From the NCBI GenBank assembly GCA_043825735.1, contig JBDRRP010000027.1:62001-126000 (forward strand): a stretch of DNA of 64,000 nt. Direction: 5' to 3'. Below are positions 49,183-58,216 of this stretch, piece after piece. Each line of letters starts with the position of its first letter. The stretch's first letter is position 1. The notes beneath the pieces are model-generated. The model searched no databases and was not told where the DNA came from. It saw nothing but the letters and a program-made list of their open reading frames with translations. Origin of the DNA: Pseudomonadota bacterium. GTDB taxonomy: Bacteria > Desulfobacterota > Desulfobacteria > Desulfobacterales > JBDRRP01. Both the position numbers and the translations under genes were made by a program.

Positions 49183-49275
49183 GGAGAGATGGCCGAGTCG
49201 GCTGAAGGCGCTCGCCTGCTAAGCGAGTGTGGGGGGAAACTTCCACCCAGGGTTCGAATCCCTGTCTCTCCGCCA
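49183..49275 (+). tRNA. tRNA-Ser(GCT)
   Basis: GGAGAGATGGCCGAG...CTCGC-CT-GCT-AA-GCGAG, long variable arm, GGTTCGAATCC, CCA end. Confidence 0.95.
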
Positions 49276-49285
49276 CATGAATGCC

Positions 49286-49315
49286 AAGGCCCGGTGCGTC
49301 CGGGCCTTTTCTTTT
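49286..49315 (+). terminator. Intrinsic terminator after the tRNA-Ser pair
   Basis: AAGGCCCGG...CCGGGCCTT followed by TTCTTTT. Confidence 0.8.
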
Positions 49316-49448
49316 GGCAGCGTACCCGCACCTTCCGGAAAGCCCCGCCTTTTGCCATCACTTCGTATGGGAATAGTATCGCGCAGATCGGTGGGGGACG
49401 CGTCGACAAAACGGGCCGGTATTTTATCAGGAAATGCTCAGCGAGGCG

Positions 49449-49874
49449 TCATAACACGGGTTTTACCATGGTAATGGCCTCCACCGGGCAGTCAGTGGCA
49501 CAAAAACCACAGGCGATGCAAGCGCCGGCGTCCGCTAACACCGGAAAAACGCTGGTGTCGGCGGTATCGGCGGTGTACTCCAGCGACAGGCACTGCACCG
49601 GGCAGGCATCGACGCAGATGTTGCAGGCCATGCAGCGATCCCGATGGATAACCGGCTGCTCCCAGGTGCGCCGGAACCGTATTCTTTGCGCCACGCGCCG
49701 CTCCGGGTCAAGGATGGCCTTGTGAGGGCAGACCCGCCCGCAGGCACCGCAGTCGATGCATCGGTCCGGATCGATGCGGTGCTGTTTGCTGGGCTTTCCG
49801 GCAATGCAGTCCACCGGACAGATCTTGCGGCACAGCGCACATCCCACACACTTGTCCGTGATGAAAAATGCCAC
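49449..49874 (-). CDS. Polyferredoxin (four CxxCxxCxxxCP motifs), likely AOR electron acceptor
   Basis: CVGCALCRKICP, CIDCGACGRVCP, CMACNICVDACP, CIACGFCATDCP. Confidence 0.92.
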   Translation of the reverse strand: MAFFITDKCVGCALCRKICPVDCIAGKPSKQHRIDPDRCIDCGACGRVCPHKAILDPERRVAQRIRFRRTWEQPVIHRDRCMACNICVDACPVQCLSLEYTADTADTSVFPVLADAGACIACGFCATDCPVEAITMVKPVL

Positions 49875-49878
49875 GGCC

Positions 49879-51831
49879 TTACTCCGTTTTCAACGCATCG
49901 GTGAGCGCGCCGCCGTCCGGCACGCCGGTTTCAGGGTCCCAACCGAAGGCCTTCCAGTAATCACGCATCATCTCCTCGATGGCAATGGTGCGCCCCGCGT
50001 TGGCCCCGCGGGTCATGGGCGGACGGCCCAGGGCGCGGTCGCTCATCTTGAAGGTCCGGGGGTCGACGCCGTGCCGGACATTGAATCCCTGGCGAAGGTC
50101 CTGCACCCGTTTGCCCATGGCCATATAATCCGCAGGGCTTCGCGTCCACCCGGTGGCGGCGTTGAGCCACTCGAATACCGGAAATCGGTGTACCCCTAAA
50201 AACGCACCGAAAAGACAGAGTCCGGCCCCGTTGAGAACGTTCATGAACTGGCTGCAGGCGGCGGCGGCCTGGGTCTTTTCCGGGCTGTGATCGAATTTGC
50301 TGTTTTTCAAATAGAACAGGTTGCGATCGGGCAGATCCGGCAGGCGCCGCCAAAGCTGAAACATCTCGTAATAGAGCTGGGAGCCCACGGTATGGCGTCC
50401 GGGGGTCGGCTCCACGCAGTTGTGCAGGGCAAAACCGGGATCGAACCGGCCATCATGCATCCCCAGTTCCTGACCACCGGCGTGCATGGCCAAATCGGAA
50501 GCGTTACCGCCGATCCGCTGAGCAGCCTTCCTCACACCGTCGGCCAGGATGTCGCCGATCCCCTCCCGGCGGATCATTTTCTCCACCAGAGCCACCATGG
50601 CGGGTGCATTTCCCCAGGAAAGCTCGAGACCGTCCATATCCGCCGGCCCGAGAATGCCCTTTTCCACGCACTCCATGGCAAAAGCCATCGTCCCGCCGGC
50701 GGAGATGGTGTCCATGCCGGCGCGGTTGAGCATGTCATTCATGGTGAAAACGCTCGCGGCGTCATGGTTCATGCACAGGCCGCCCAAAGACAGCACCGTT
50801 TCGTATTCCGGACGATGCCCTTCACCGCGGCCATCGACAAGGATGCGGCCGCCGCACCCCAGCGGGCATGAATAACAATGGTACTTGGCGATGGTGGCGC
50901 CGGCAAACACATCGGGGCTGATGTCCGCCGAAAGCTCCGGACCGAAATCCTCGTTGGAGCCTTTCCAGTTCTTGATGGGCGCATCCCCCATCTCGATACT
51001 CATCTGATTCATGCTCACGGTGCCCCATTTTCGAAGCATGATCTTGTAGAGCATCCCGTCAGTGGCGAACTGGGCCGGCAGCACCCGCATGAGGGCCCCC
51101 AGGTGAGGGGTCATTTCGCCGGGGACGAATGGCGGCTGAAACTGAACCGCCTCATTGCACTGGCGAGAAAGGACGCCGATGGCACTGCGATCATGAACGG
51201 GAATGCGCTGGCCGCCACCGAGCACCAGGGCCTTGAGCCGTTTGCTGCCCATGACCGCGCCCAGTCCCGAGCGGGCGGCGATACGGCCCTCGTCGTTGAC
51301 CACACCGGAGATCAGGCTGAGCCGTTCGCCTGCCGGTCCGATACAGGCGACCCGGGGTTTATTGATGCCCGAATGGGTCATCAGATACCGCTGGGTCTCA
51401 ACGGTGTCGCGTCCCCAGATATCGTGGGCATCCCGGATTTCTGCAAGCCCCTTGGTGATGGCAAGATAAACGGGCGCATCACTGATGCCTGAAATAAAAA
51501 TACCGTCATAGCCGCACCGCTTGATGGCCGGCGCCAGATTGCCGCCGCAGTTGGCGTCCCCCCATCCGCCGGTCAGGGGAGATTTGCCCACCACCATCCA
51601 GCGGCCGGCAAAAAGGCTGCCGGTGCCGGTGAGCATGCCGGTGACAAATCCCAGAATATTATCGGGGCCAAGGGGATCGGCACCCTGCGGGATGCGCATG
51701 TAGAGCAGATGGGCGGCCAGCCCCATCCCCGACATGACCCGTTCGTAGACCGTTTCGGGCACGGGCATCTCCCGAAACGCCCGGGTGCCCAGATCCACCA
51801 GCAGCACCTTTCCCATGGTTCCTGACGGCAT
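49879..51831 (-). CDS. aor: Aldehyde:ferredoxin oxidoreductase family (tungstopterin) protein
   Basis: KSPLTGG, CIGPAGE, AARSGLGAVMGSKRLKA, CYSCPLGC, PEYET, GMDTIS motifs. Confidence 0.92.
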   Translation of the reverse strand: MPSGTMGKVLLVDLGTRAFREMPVPETVYERVMSGMGLAAHLLYMRIPQGADPLGPDNILGFVTGMLTGTGSLFAGRWMVVGKSPLTGGWGDANCGGNLAPAIKRCGYDGIFISGISDAPVYLAITKGLAEIRDAHDIWGRDTVETQRYLMTHSGINKPRVACIGPAGERLSLISGVVNDEGRIAARSGLGAVMGSKRLKALVLGGGQRIPVHDRSAIGVLSRQCNEAVQFQPPFVPGEMTPHLGALMRVLPAQFATDGMLYKIMLRKWGTVSMNQMSIEMGDAPIKNWKGSNEDFGPELSADISPDVFAGATIAKYHCYSCPLGCGGRILVDGRGEGHRPEYETVLSLGGLCMNHDAASVFTMNDMLNRAGMDTISAGGTMAFAMECVEKGILGPADMDGLELSWGNAPAMVALVEKMIRREGIGDILADGVRKAAQRIGGNASDLAMHAGGQELGMHDGRFDPGFALHNCVEPTPGRHTVGSQLYYEMFQLWRRLPDLPDRNLFYLKNSKFDHSPEKTQAAAACSQFMNVLNGAGLCLFGAFLGVHRFPVFEWLNAATGWTRSPADYMAMGKRVQDLRQGFNVRHGVDPRTFKMSDRALGRPPMTRGANAGRTIAIEEMMRDYWKAFGWDPETGVPDGGALTDALKTE

Positions 51832-51905
51832 GCGCCCTCCCTTGAGGGGTTTGCAGCGAGCCGGCGCGTCGTCGCAATCGACTCGGGTCTGTAAGGCCGC
51901 GAAGC

Positions 51906-52024
51906 TTGATGGCTATGTAAAAAGTCTGAGATCACCACAGAGGACGCAGCGATCACAGAGGTAAACCATTAATTATTAGACATATTCTCTGCGCTCTCTG
52001 CGGTTCAAAATCACTTTTTACGGG
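51906..52024. repeat. MITE-like element (TTGATGGC..GTAAAAAGT / ACTTTTTACG ends) enclosing a CACAGAG-unit palindrome
   Basis: Shares end motifs with 33445-33570. Confidence 0.7.
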
Positions 52025-52091
52025 GCTGCCGATATTGAGCATATGCTCGCAAATGCCTATACCAACACTGATCCCGTGTCAAGCAGGGGCG

Positions 52092-52598
52092 TCAGTGCTT
52101 TTGGGTCGGCAGCAACATGTTGTGCCAATCGAGAGATACCGAGGCAGGGTCTCCCGTGGCCGGAACGCTGACCGGCACCTGCCAGGCCACCTTGTATCCG
52201 CCAACGGTAGAGGGAAATGTCACGACAATGAAATACCGTCCCGGCACAACGTCGACAAACTTAAATGCGCCGCTTTCATCGGTGAGCACGCTGGCCACCA
52301 GATAGCCGGCCTGTGACAGGTGCTGCTGATAGCGGACGTAAAAGTCCATGTGGGCTGAAACGATGCGATCATAGCGCGCCAGTGCGGCCAGCCCGTCCAG
52401 AGCGGGCACATTCGGGGGCGCCACGGCCGCTGTTGTCAGCAGCACCCGGATCCAGTCGCCGTTGATTGTCTGTCCGTCGGGGGTGTCGAGGCGGATGGTG
52501 CCACTGATATGACCGGCGTGTGCCGGGGCCGCCGACAGGATGGCGGCGCAAAAGAGCGCCAGAAGAACGACGTACCGGTAAATTGTGATATTGCCCAT
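52092..52598 (-). CDS. Secreted hypothetical protein with a carboxypeptidase-regulatory/prealbumin-like domain
   Basis: Signal peptide; TDESGAFKFVDVVPGRYFI motif. Confidence 0.7.
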   Translation of the reverse strand: MGNITIYRYVVLLALFCAAILSAAPAHAGHISGTIRLDTPDGQTINGDWIRVLLTTAAVAPPNVPALDGLAALARYDRIVSAHMDFYVRYQQHLSQAGYLVASVLTDESGAFKFVDVVPGRYFIVVTFPSTVGGYKVAWQVPVSVPATGDPASVSLDWHNMLLPTQKH

Positions 52599-52798
52599 GC
52601 GGATCCCCCTTCCGGTTTGGCGGTGGTTGATCTCTTGGACGGCGGGGCTAGGGCGCCCCGCAGACGGAGGCGTTTTGTCTGAATATCACTCTATAAACCG
52701 ACAGCGGGCCATGTCAAAGGGAAACCGCTCGCAAGGAAAACTGGACACGCAGATATGGGCCATTTAAATTAAGTGGTTTGTCCCAATTAGCTGGAGAA

Positions 52799-53017
52799 AA
52801 GGGTTCGAGGGGCCAAGGGTCCAAGGGGTCAAGCGACGGCGATGGGCATCATGAAGGCTCATAGCGATTGCTAACCGATTTAGGCAGCATTTCAGGGATT
52901 CGGTAAAAACGCATACTCACTGCAGGCGGCCCATAGGCCAACGGTCCGCATATGTATCTTGCCGTTTTCTTGGTCGTTTTTCACTTGGCCCCTTGGACCC
53001 TCGGCCCCTTGAACCCT
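52799..53017. repeat. Inverted arms made of degenerate ~8-9-nt units
   Basis: GGGTTCGAGGGGCCAAGGGTCCAAGGGGTCAAGCGA (52801-52836) versus TCACTTGGCCCCTTGGACCCTCGGCCCCTTGAACCC (52981-53016). Confidence 0.8.
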
Positions 53018-53095
53018 ATCCATCGACCAATGGTTTGGAAAACATCCCCCTAATTGAAGACGCCCCAGCAAGGTGGTGCTGATGATAGGTCAACA

Positions 53096-54955
53096 CTATA
53101 GCTCTGCGGCGATCTCGTCCAGGAAGCGGCTGCGCGTGGCGTACTGACCTTTCCTGAAACTGGCGCTGGACAGGTAAAGGTAGCGCTCGGCGCGGGTCAC
53201 GGAAACGTACATAAGCCGACGCTCCTCTTCCAGGCCGTGGGGGGTTTCCAGTGAGCGCCAGTGTGGAAAAAGGTTCTCCTCGCAACCGATGACGAAAACA
53301 GCGGCAAACTCCAGCCCCTTTGCGGCATGAATGGTGGCCAGATTGATACCGGCGCCGTCGTCCGCGTCATCGCCCTCGCGGTCTTCACGGATGAGGGCCG
53401 CCTCTTCGAGGTAGTCATAGAGGGATTGCTTCTGGGAAGCGGCATAGATGAGCTGCTCGATGTTTTCTTCCCGGGACGTCACCTCCATGCTGTTGCCGCG
53501 GGCGTGACCGGTGAGATGCGCCATGTAATCGACCCGCTGAATCACGGCCCGCAGGGCATCGCCCGGTGACATGGCCCGGATGTCATCGAGCAGTTGCATC
53601 ATCGTTTCAAGAGCGCTGTAAAGCTTTTGGGTCAGCAGCTTCCTGCGAAGGGCTTCCCGGGCGGCCTCCTGAAGGCTCATGCCTTCGGTGCGCATGTCGA
53701 GCAGTTTTCGCACGGTGCCCGGACCGATGCCGCGCCGCGGGGTATTGATGATCCGCTCGAAGCTGGCGTCGTCGCGCGGAAAGGCCGCTGCGCTGAGGTA
53801 ACAGTTGAGATCCATGACCTCCATGCGCTCGAAAAACCCCTTGCCGCCCAGCATGCGGTAGGGTATCCCGGCGGCGCGAAAGGCTCTTTCAAAGGACAGG
53901 GAACTGAACTTGGTGCGGTAAAGCACCACCATCTGGCCAAGCGGGACACCCATTCCCTGGAGCGTCCTTGCCTTCCGGGCCACCCACTGAGCCTCCTCAT
54001 CATCATTGAAAAAATCGTGAAGCTCGACGGTGCCGCCCCGCATGTCCGAAAAGCAGGTCTTGTCCATACGGGTGGTATTGTGCCCGATGATCGTGTTGGC
54101 CAGACGCACGATTTCATCGGCCGATCGGTAATTTTGCTCCAGACGGAATAATTTGGCGTCGGGATAGGTCTGGGCAAATTTGAGGAAATGATCCACGTTG
54201 CTGCCCCGGAAGCTGTAAATAGCCTGCCAGTCATCGCCCACACAAAAAAGGCGGCCGTCTCGCGTCAGCAGCCGTGTCAACTCCTCCTGCAGGTTGTTCG
54301 TGTCCTGATATTCATCCACCAGCAGGTACTGGAACTGCTTTCGATAGCGCTCGCGGATGTCGCCGTGAGCATCGAGGATATCGCGGGTCAGCAGCAAGAT
54401 GTTGTCGAAATCGACGGCGTTGTTTTCCTTAAGCGCCTGTTCGTAGAGACGGTAGGCGTCGGCCAGACGGATTGTGGCCACCCGAGGTCGCTGGTCAAAA
54501 TAGCCGGCCGGATCGGCCGAATTCTTGGCGCTGGAGATTTCGGAAAGCACCCCCCGTACGTGCTTTTTATCGACATTCAGCCGATCCACCAGTACGTCCC
54601 GCAGCAATTTCTGCTGCTGGTATACGGCAAACACCTGCAAGGGCGGTGTGAAACCCAGCAGTTGGCAATGGCGTTTGAGGATCTGCAGGCAGGCGCTGTG
54701 ATAGGTCCGCACCCATGGGAACCGCTCGATACCGTAGCCGGTGGCTTCCATCAACCGGCGCTTCATCTCGTCGGCCGCCTTGTTGGTAAAGGTAATGGCG
54801 AGCAGCCGCGTCGGATCGTAGCCCTCTCTCACGAGGTGAACGATCTTTGCCGTCAGCGTACGCGTCTTTCCGGAACCGGCGCCGGCGACGACGAGCGCCG
54901 GGGATCCCGAATGGCTGACGGCGGCGGCTTGCTGGGGGGAAAGCTGCATTGGCAT
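53096..54955 (-). CDS. UvrD/PcrA/Rep-family ATP-dependent DNA helicase
   Basis: AGAGSGKT, TFTNKAA, VDEYQD, VGDDWQAIYSFRG, LEQNYRS, TIHAAKGLEF, EERRLMYVSVTRA. Confidence 0.95.
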   Translation of the reverse strand: MPMQLSPQQAAAVSHSGSPALVVAGAGSGKTRTLTAKIVHLVREGYDPTRLLAITFTNKAADEMKRRLMEATGYGIERFPWVRTYHSACLQILKRHCQLLGFTPPLQVFAVYQQQKLLRDVLVDRLNVDKKHVRGVLSEISSAKNSADPAGYFDQRPRVATIRLADAYRLYEQALKENNAVDFDNILLLTRDILDAHGDIRERYRKQFQYLLVDEYQDTNNLQEELTRLLTRDGRLFCVGDDWQAIYSFRGSNVDHFLKFAQTYPDAKLFRLEQNYRSADEIVRLANTIIGHNTTRMDKTCFSDMRGGTVELHDFFNDDEEAQWVARKARTLQGMGVPLGQMVVLYRTKFSSLSFERAFRAAGIPYRMLGGKGFFERMEVMDLNCYLSAAAFPRDDASFERIINTPRRGIGPGTVRKLLDMRTEGMSLQEAAREALRRKLLTQKLYSALETMMQLLDDIRAMSPGDALRAVIQRVDYMAHLTGHARGNSMEVTSREENIEQLIYAASQKQSLYDYLEEAALIREDREGDDADDGAGINLATIHAAKGLEFAAVFVIGCEENLFPHWRSLETPHGLEEERRLMYVSVTRAERYLYLSSASFRKGQYATRSRFLDEIAAEL

Positions 54956-55192
54956 ATCCGGTCGTTGAGGGTCGCTGAAATCTGGCACCTTAAGCCATCT
55001 GCCCGGGGGAGTCAAAAGCTTTCCGGATGCCGGGTCAATCCACTGATTTCTCATCCGATCGCCATAGCGAATGCGCTTGACAAAAACCCTGTTCCCTATT
55101 AGGTATGGACCCTTCGTACTATGGGCATTAGGGGACAAGTCGCGTCAGACGACTATTCAGACATATCACACTGTTGAAAGGAGAAAACAACG

Positions 55193-56461
55193 ATGGGAAA
55201 ATTGGTAGAGCCCCATGGCGGAAAAGGCTTGACGGTCTGCCTACTTGAAGGCGCAGCGCGTGAAGCGGAATTGAAGAAGGCTGCAGGCCTGAAAAAAATT
55301 GCAATCTCTCCCCGTGCCAAGGGCGACCTGATCATGATCGGTATCGGCGGTTTCAGCCCGCTGACCGGCTTCATGAACAAAGCCGACTGGAAAGGCGTGT
55401 GCGAGAAATACCTTCTTGCCGACGGCACCTTCTGGCCCGTGCCCGTGACCCTGGATGTCAGCAAGGAAGAGGCCGCCGCCATTAAAATCGGCGAAGAAAT
55501 CGCGCTCGTGGCCAAGGACGAAATCATGGCCACCATGAAAGTTACCGAGAAATACGAGATGTCCGAAGCGGACAAGACCTGGGAATGCGAAAAGGTCTTC
55601 ATGGGCGAGGGGACCCCGACCGCTGCGGAATTCTGGAAGATCGCAAAAAACGATCACCCGGGGGTTCAGATGGTGATGGGCCAGAAGGAAGTCAACCTGG
55701 CCGGTCCGGTAAAAGTATTGAGCGAAGGCAACTATCCGGTAAAATACAAGGGCGTCTATCACCGCCCGGCGGAATCCCGCAAGATCTTCGAAGATCGCGG
55801 GTGGTCCGAAGTCGCCGCTCTGCAGCTCAGAAACCCCATGCATCGCTCCCATGAGTACCTGTGCAAGATCGCCGTTGAAGTCTGCGACGGCGTCTATATC
55901 CACAGCCTGGTGGGCAATCTGAAGCCCGGCGACATTCCGGCAGAGGTGCGGGTCAAATGCATCGACGCCCTGATCAAAAACTCCTTTGTGGAAAAGAACG
56001 TGGTCAACGGCGGCTACCCGCTTGATATGCGCTATGCCGGTCCCCGCGAAGGCCTGCTGCACGCCACTTTCCGCCAGAACTACGGCTGCTCCAAGATGAT
56101 CATCGGCCGCGACCATGCCGGCGTCGGCGACTTTTACGGCATGTTCGAAGCCCAGACCATCTTCGACAAGATCCCCTACCCGAAAGAGAAGGGCAAGGCG
56201 CTGCTGTGCAAGCCGCTGAAGATCGACTGGACCTTCTACTGCCACAAATGCGACGGCATGGCCTCACTGCGCACCTGCCCGCACGGCAAAGAAGACCGCG
56301 TGCTGCTCTCCGGCACCATGCTGCGTAAAATGCTCTCCGAAGACATGGAGCTTCCGGATCACTTCGGCCGCGACGAAGTCGTCGTCATCCTTCGCGAGTA
56401 CTACAAAGGACTCGAAAACAAGGTGGAGATCAAGACCCACAAGGCTGCCACCGGCAACTAA
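55193..56461 (+). CDS. sat: Dissimilatory sulfate adenylyltransferase
   Basis: [42 protein letters not shown] motifs. Confidence 0.97.
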   Translation: MGKLVEPHGGKGLTVCLLEGAAREAELKKAAGLKKIAISPRAKGDLIMIGIGGFSPLTGFMNKADWKGVCEKYLLADGTFWPVPVTLDVSKEEAAAIKIGEEIALVAKDEIMATMKVTEKYEMSEADKTWECEKVFMGEGTPTAAEFWKIAKNDHPGVQMVMGQKEVNLAGPVKVLSEGNYPVKYKGVYHRPAESRKIFEDRGWSEVAALQLRNPMHRSHEYLCKIAVEVCDGVYIHSLVGNLKPGDIPAEVRVKCIDALIKNSFVEKNVVNGGYPLDMRYAGPREGLLHATFRQNYGCSKMIIGRDHAGVGDFYGMFEAQTIFDKIPYPKEKGKALLCKPLKIDWTFYCHKCDGMASLRTCPHGKEDRVLLSGTMLRKMLSEDMELPDHFGRDEVVVILREYYKGLENKVEIKTHKAATGN

Positions 56462-56466
56462 AAATA

Positions 56467-56504
56467 AAAACAGGGGGTTGCCTGTCGGCAGCCCCCTGTT
56501 TTTA
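56467..56504. terminator. Terminator after sat (bidirectional-type)
   Basis: AAAACAGGGGGTTGCC-TGTC-GGCAGCCCCCTGTTTT; a second hairpin at 56521-56554. Confidence 0.8.
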
Positions 56505-56684
56505 TATAGCACTGCCTTTCAAAAAAAGGAGACGCTCACCGCGTCTCCTTTTTTGTTATACGGTTACCCGTTTCGTTCCAGGAGACGCCGTGGAACCAAT
56601 GGTCTCCGCAAAAGAGTGGGCCGTTTGGATCGATGACGAACGCCTGTTTCAGTTTGTTCATCACAATCTCACCCACCTGAAAAA

Positions 56685-56901
56685 GGCGTCGCGAGGGTCC
56701 TCTTTTTCGGTCCCGTTTTCTTCCAATGGTCGTTTGCAGCACCCGGCCGCTGCAGCGAGATCGGACTCGGCGCAAGGTGACGCCAGCAAAAACCCCGGTG
56801 AGCGTCGAATACCGACGGTCGAATCCTTTATCCCAGCGCCGGCGGACGTACTAAAGACGTTATTTGTTAACGGGGCCGAAAAAGAGGACCCTCGCGACGC
56901 C
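56685..56901. repeat. Element bounded by a 33-bp near-perfect inverted repeat
   Basis: 56685-56717 versus 56869-56901, 32/33 match. Confidence 0.8.
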
Positions 56902-57021
56902 GACGGCTGCTGAAAATTGAGTTTCGCTAATGCCGGATAAAAAAAGGGAGGCGCTCAAGAGCGGCTCCCTTTCTTTTAGAAGGCCGTTGCCAGCCTTGTT
57001 GAAACGATTTGCCGATCGCCC

Positions 57022-58152
57022 CTACTTGCGTCCCGACCACTCATTGTAGGTCATGGCAACCGTGCGGTAAGCGATGTGGGCCAGTTTCGAAAACGGTGTA
57101 TAGGCAAACAGGCTCCAGATGAAAATCAGGTGCAGATAATAGGTGAAATAAGTCGCGCCGGCCATCCCGCCCAGACGGAACATCTGGGTGAGCATCCCGG
57201 TGGCGCCCAGTGCAAGCACCAGACCGACGAGCTGCCAGTCCCAGTAGCTGGAGATCTGGTCCTTTTTGCCCATGCGGTTTTTCAAGAGCAGCAGGGCGCC
57301 GATCACCAAGGCCACTCCGCTGATGTTGCCCAGCCATTTCACCGGATTGATCTGGCGGTAAGGCCCTTCGATGTGGAAAATCCACTCGGCGGCAAAAAAG
57401 CAGTTGGTGACGATGAAAAGGCCGATGAAACTGAAAAGAACCATCATGTGGGCCGTTGTCCGCTCCTTGTTTTCTCCGCACTCATTGAACTTGTCGTGCT
57501 TGAAGATCGTCGGAACGATGCGGATCAGCGCCGCCACGAACTCGCCCGGATCGATCTTTTCCTTTGTGGTCTTGCCTTCGGCAAGCGCATTTTTGTGAAT
57601 ATCGGTCAGAAACCGCTTGAGGCCTAACGCAAATACGGCCACCGCGCTGAAAAAGGTGGGAATCATGATGATGTCCACCAGATAGTTGTTGATGAAGTGA
57701 CCCTGCCAGATCTGGTCGCTGCCGTGGCCGAAGATCGCCTTGGTCAGAAACGCCGCTACCAAAAAAATGACGGCGGGAATACCCAGCAGGATGGGAAGCC
57801 GCTTGGGATTCGGCACCATTTTGGCTATGGCCTTTGGGGTCGCGTATTCGGCCACCGTATAGGCCCGCACGGCCCCCAGCACATCACCGGGCTTGGCACC
57901 CCGGGGGCACAGCGTGGAGCAGTCGCCGCAGTTGTGGCACAGCCAGATATCGGCATTGCCGACCAGTTTGTCCTTGAGCCCCCACTGGGTGGCGATCATC
58001 TCTTTTCTCGGGAACGGCTTTGTATCCGGCGAGATGGGGCAGGCCACCGAGCAGGTGGCACACTGAAAGCACTTCTTCACATCCCCACCGCCGAGCGCCA
58101 TCACTTCCTTGATAAACCCGACATCCGGTTCGACTTGATATGTTTCCGCCAT
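57022..58152 (-). CDS. qmoC: Quinone-interacting membrane-bound oxidoreductase subunit C
   Basis: CFQCATCSVACP and CHNCGDCSTLCP followed by a multi-TM heme b domain (SKLAH). Confidence 0.95.
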   Translation of the reverse strand: MAETYQVEPDVGFIKEVMALGGGDVKKCFQCATCSVACPISPDTKPFPRKEMIATQWGLKDKLVGNADIWLCHNCGDCSTLCPRGAKPGDVLGAVRAYTVAEYATPKAIAKMVPNPKRLPILLGIPAVIFLVAAFLTKAIFGHGSDQIWQGHFINNYLVDIIMIPTFFSAVAVFALGLKRFLTDIHKNALAEGKTTKEKIDPGEFVAALIRIVPTIFKHDKFNECGENKERTTAHMMVLFSFIGLFIVTNCFFAAEWIFHIEGPYRQINPVKWLGNISGVALVIGALLLLKNRMGKKDQISSYWDWQLVGLVLALGATGMLTQMFRLGGMAGATYFTYYLHLIFIWSLFAYTPFSKLAHIAYRTVAMTYNEWSGRK

Positions 58153-58216
58153 ACGTTCCTCCAAATTCGGCAGTGCGGCAACGCCGGGGGCGTTGCCGCA
58201 CATGGGTCAGATTGGG

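Noticed and set aside
2329..53017. CRISPR array
   Set aside because: The repeats are dispersed inverted palindromes without regular unique spacers, and no cas genes are present.
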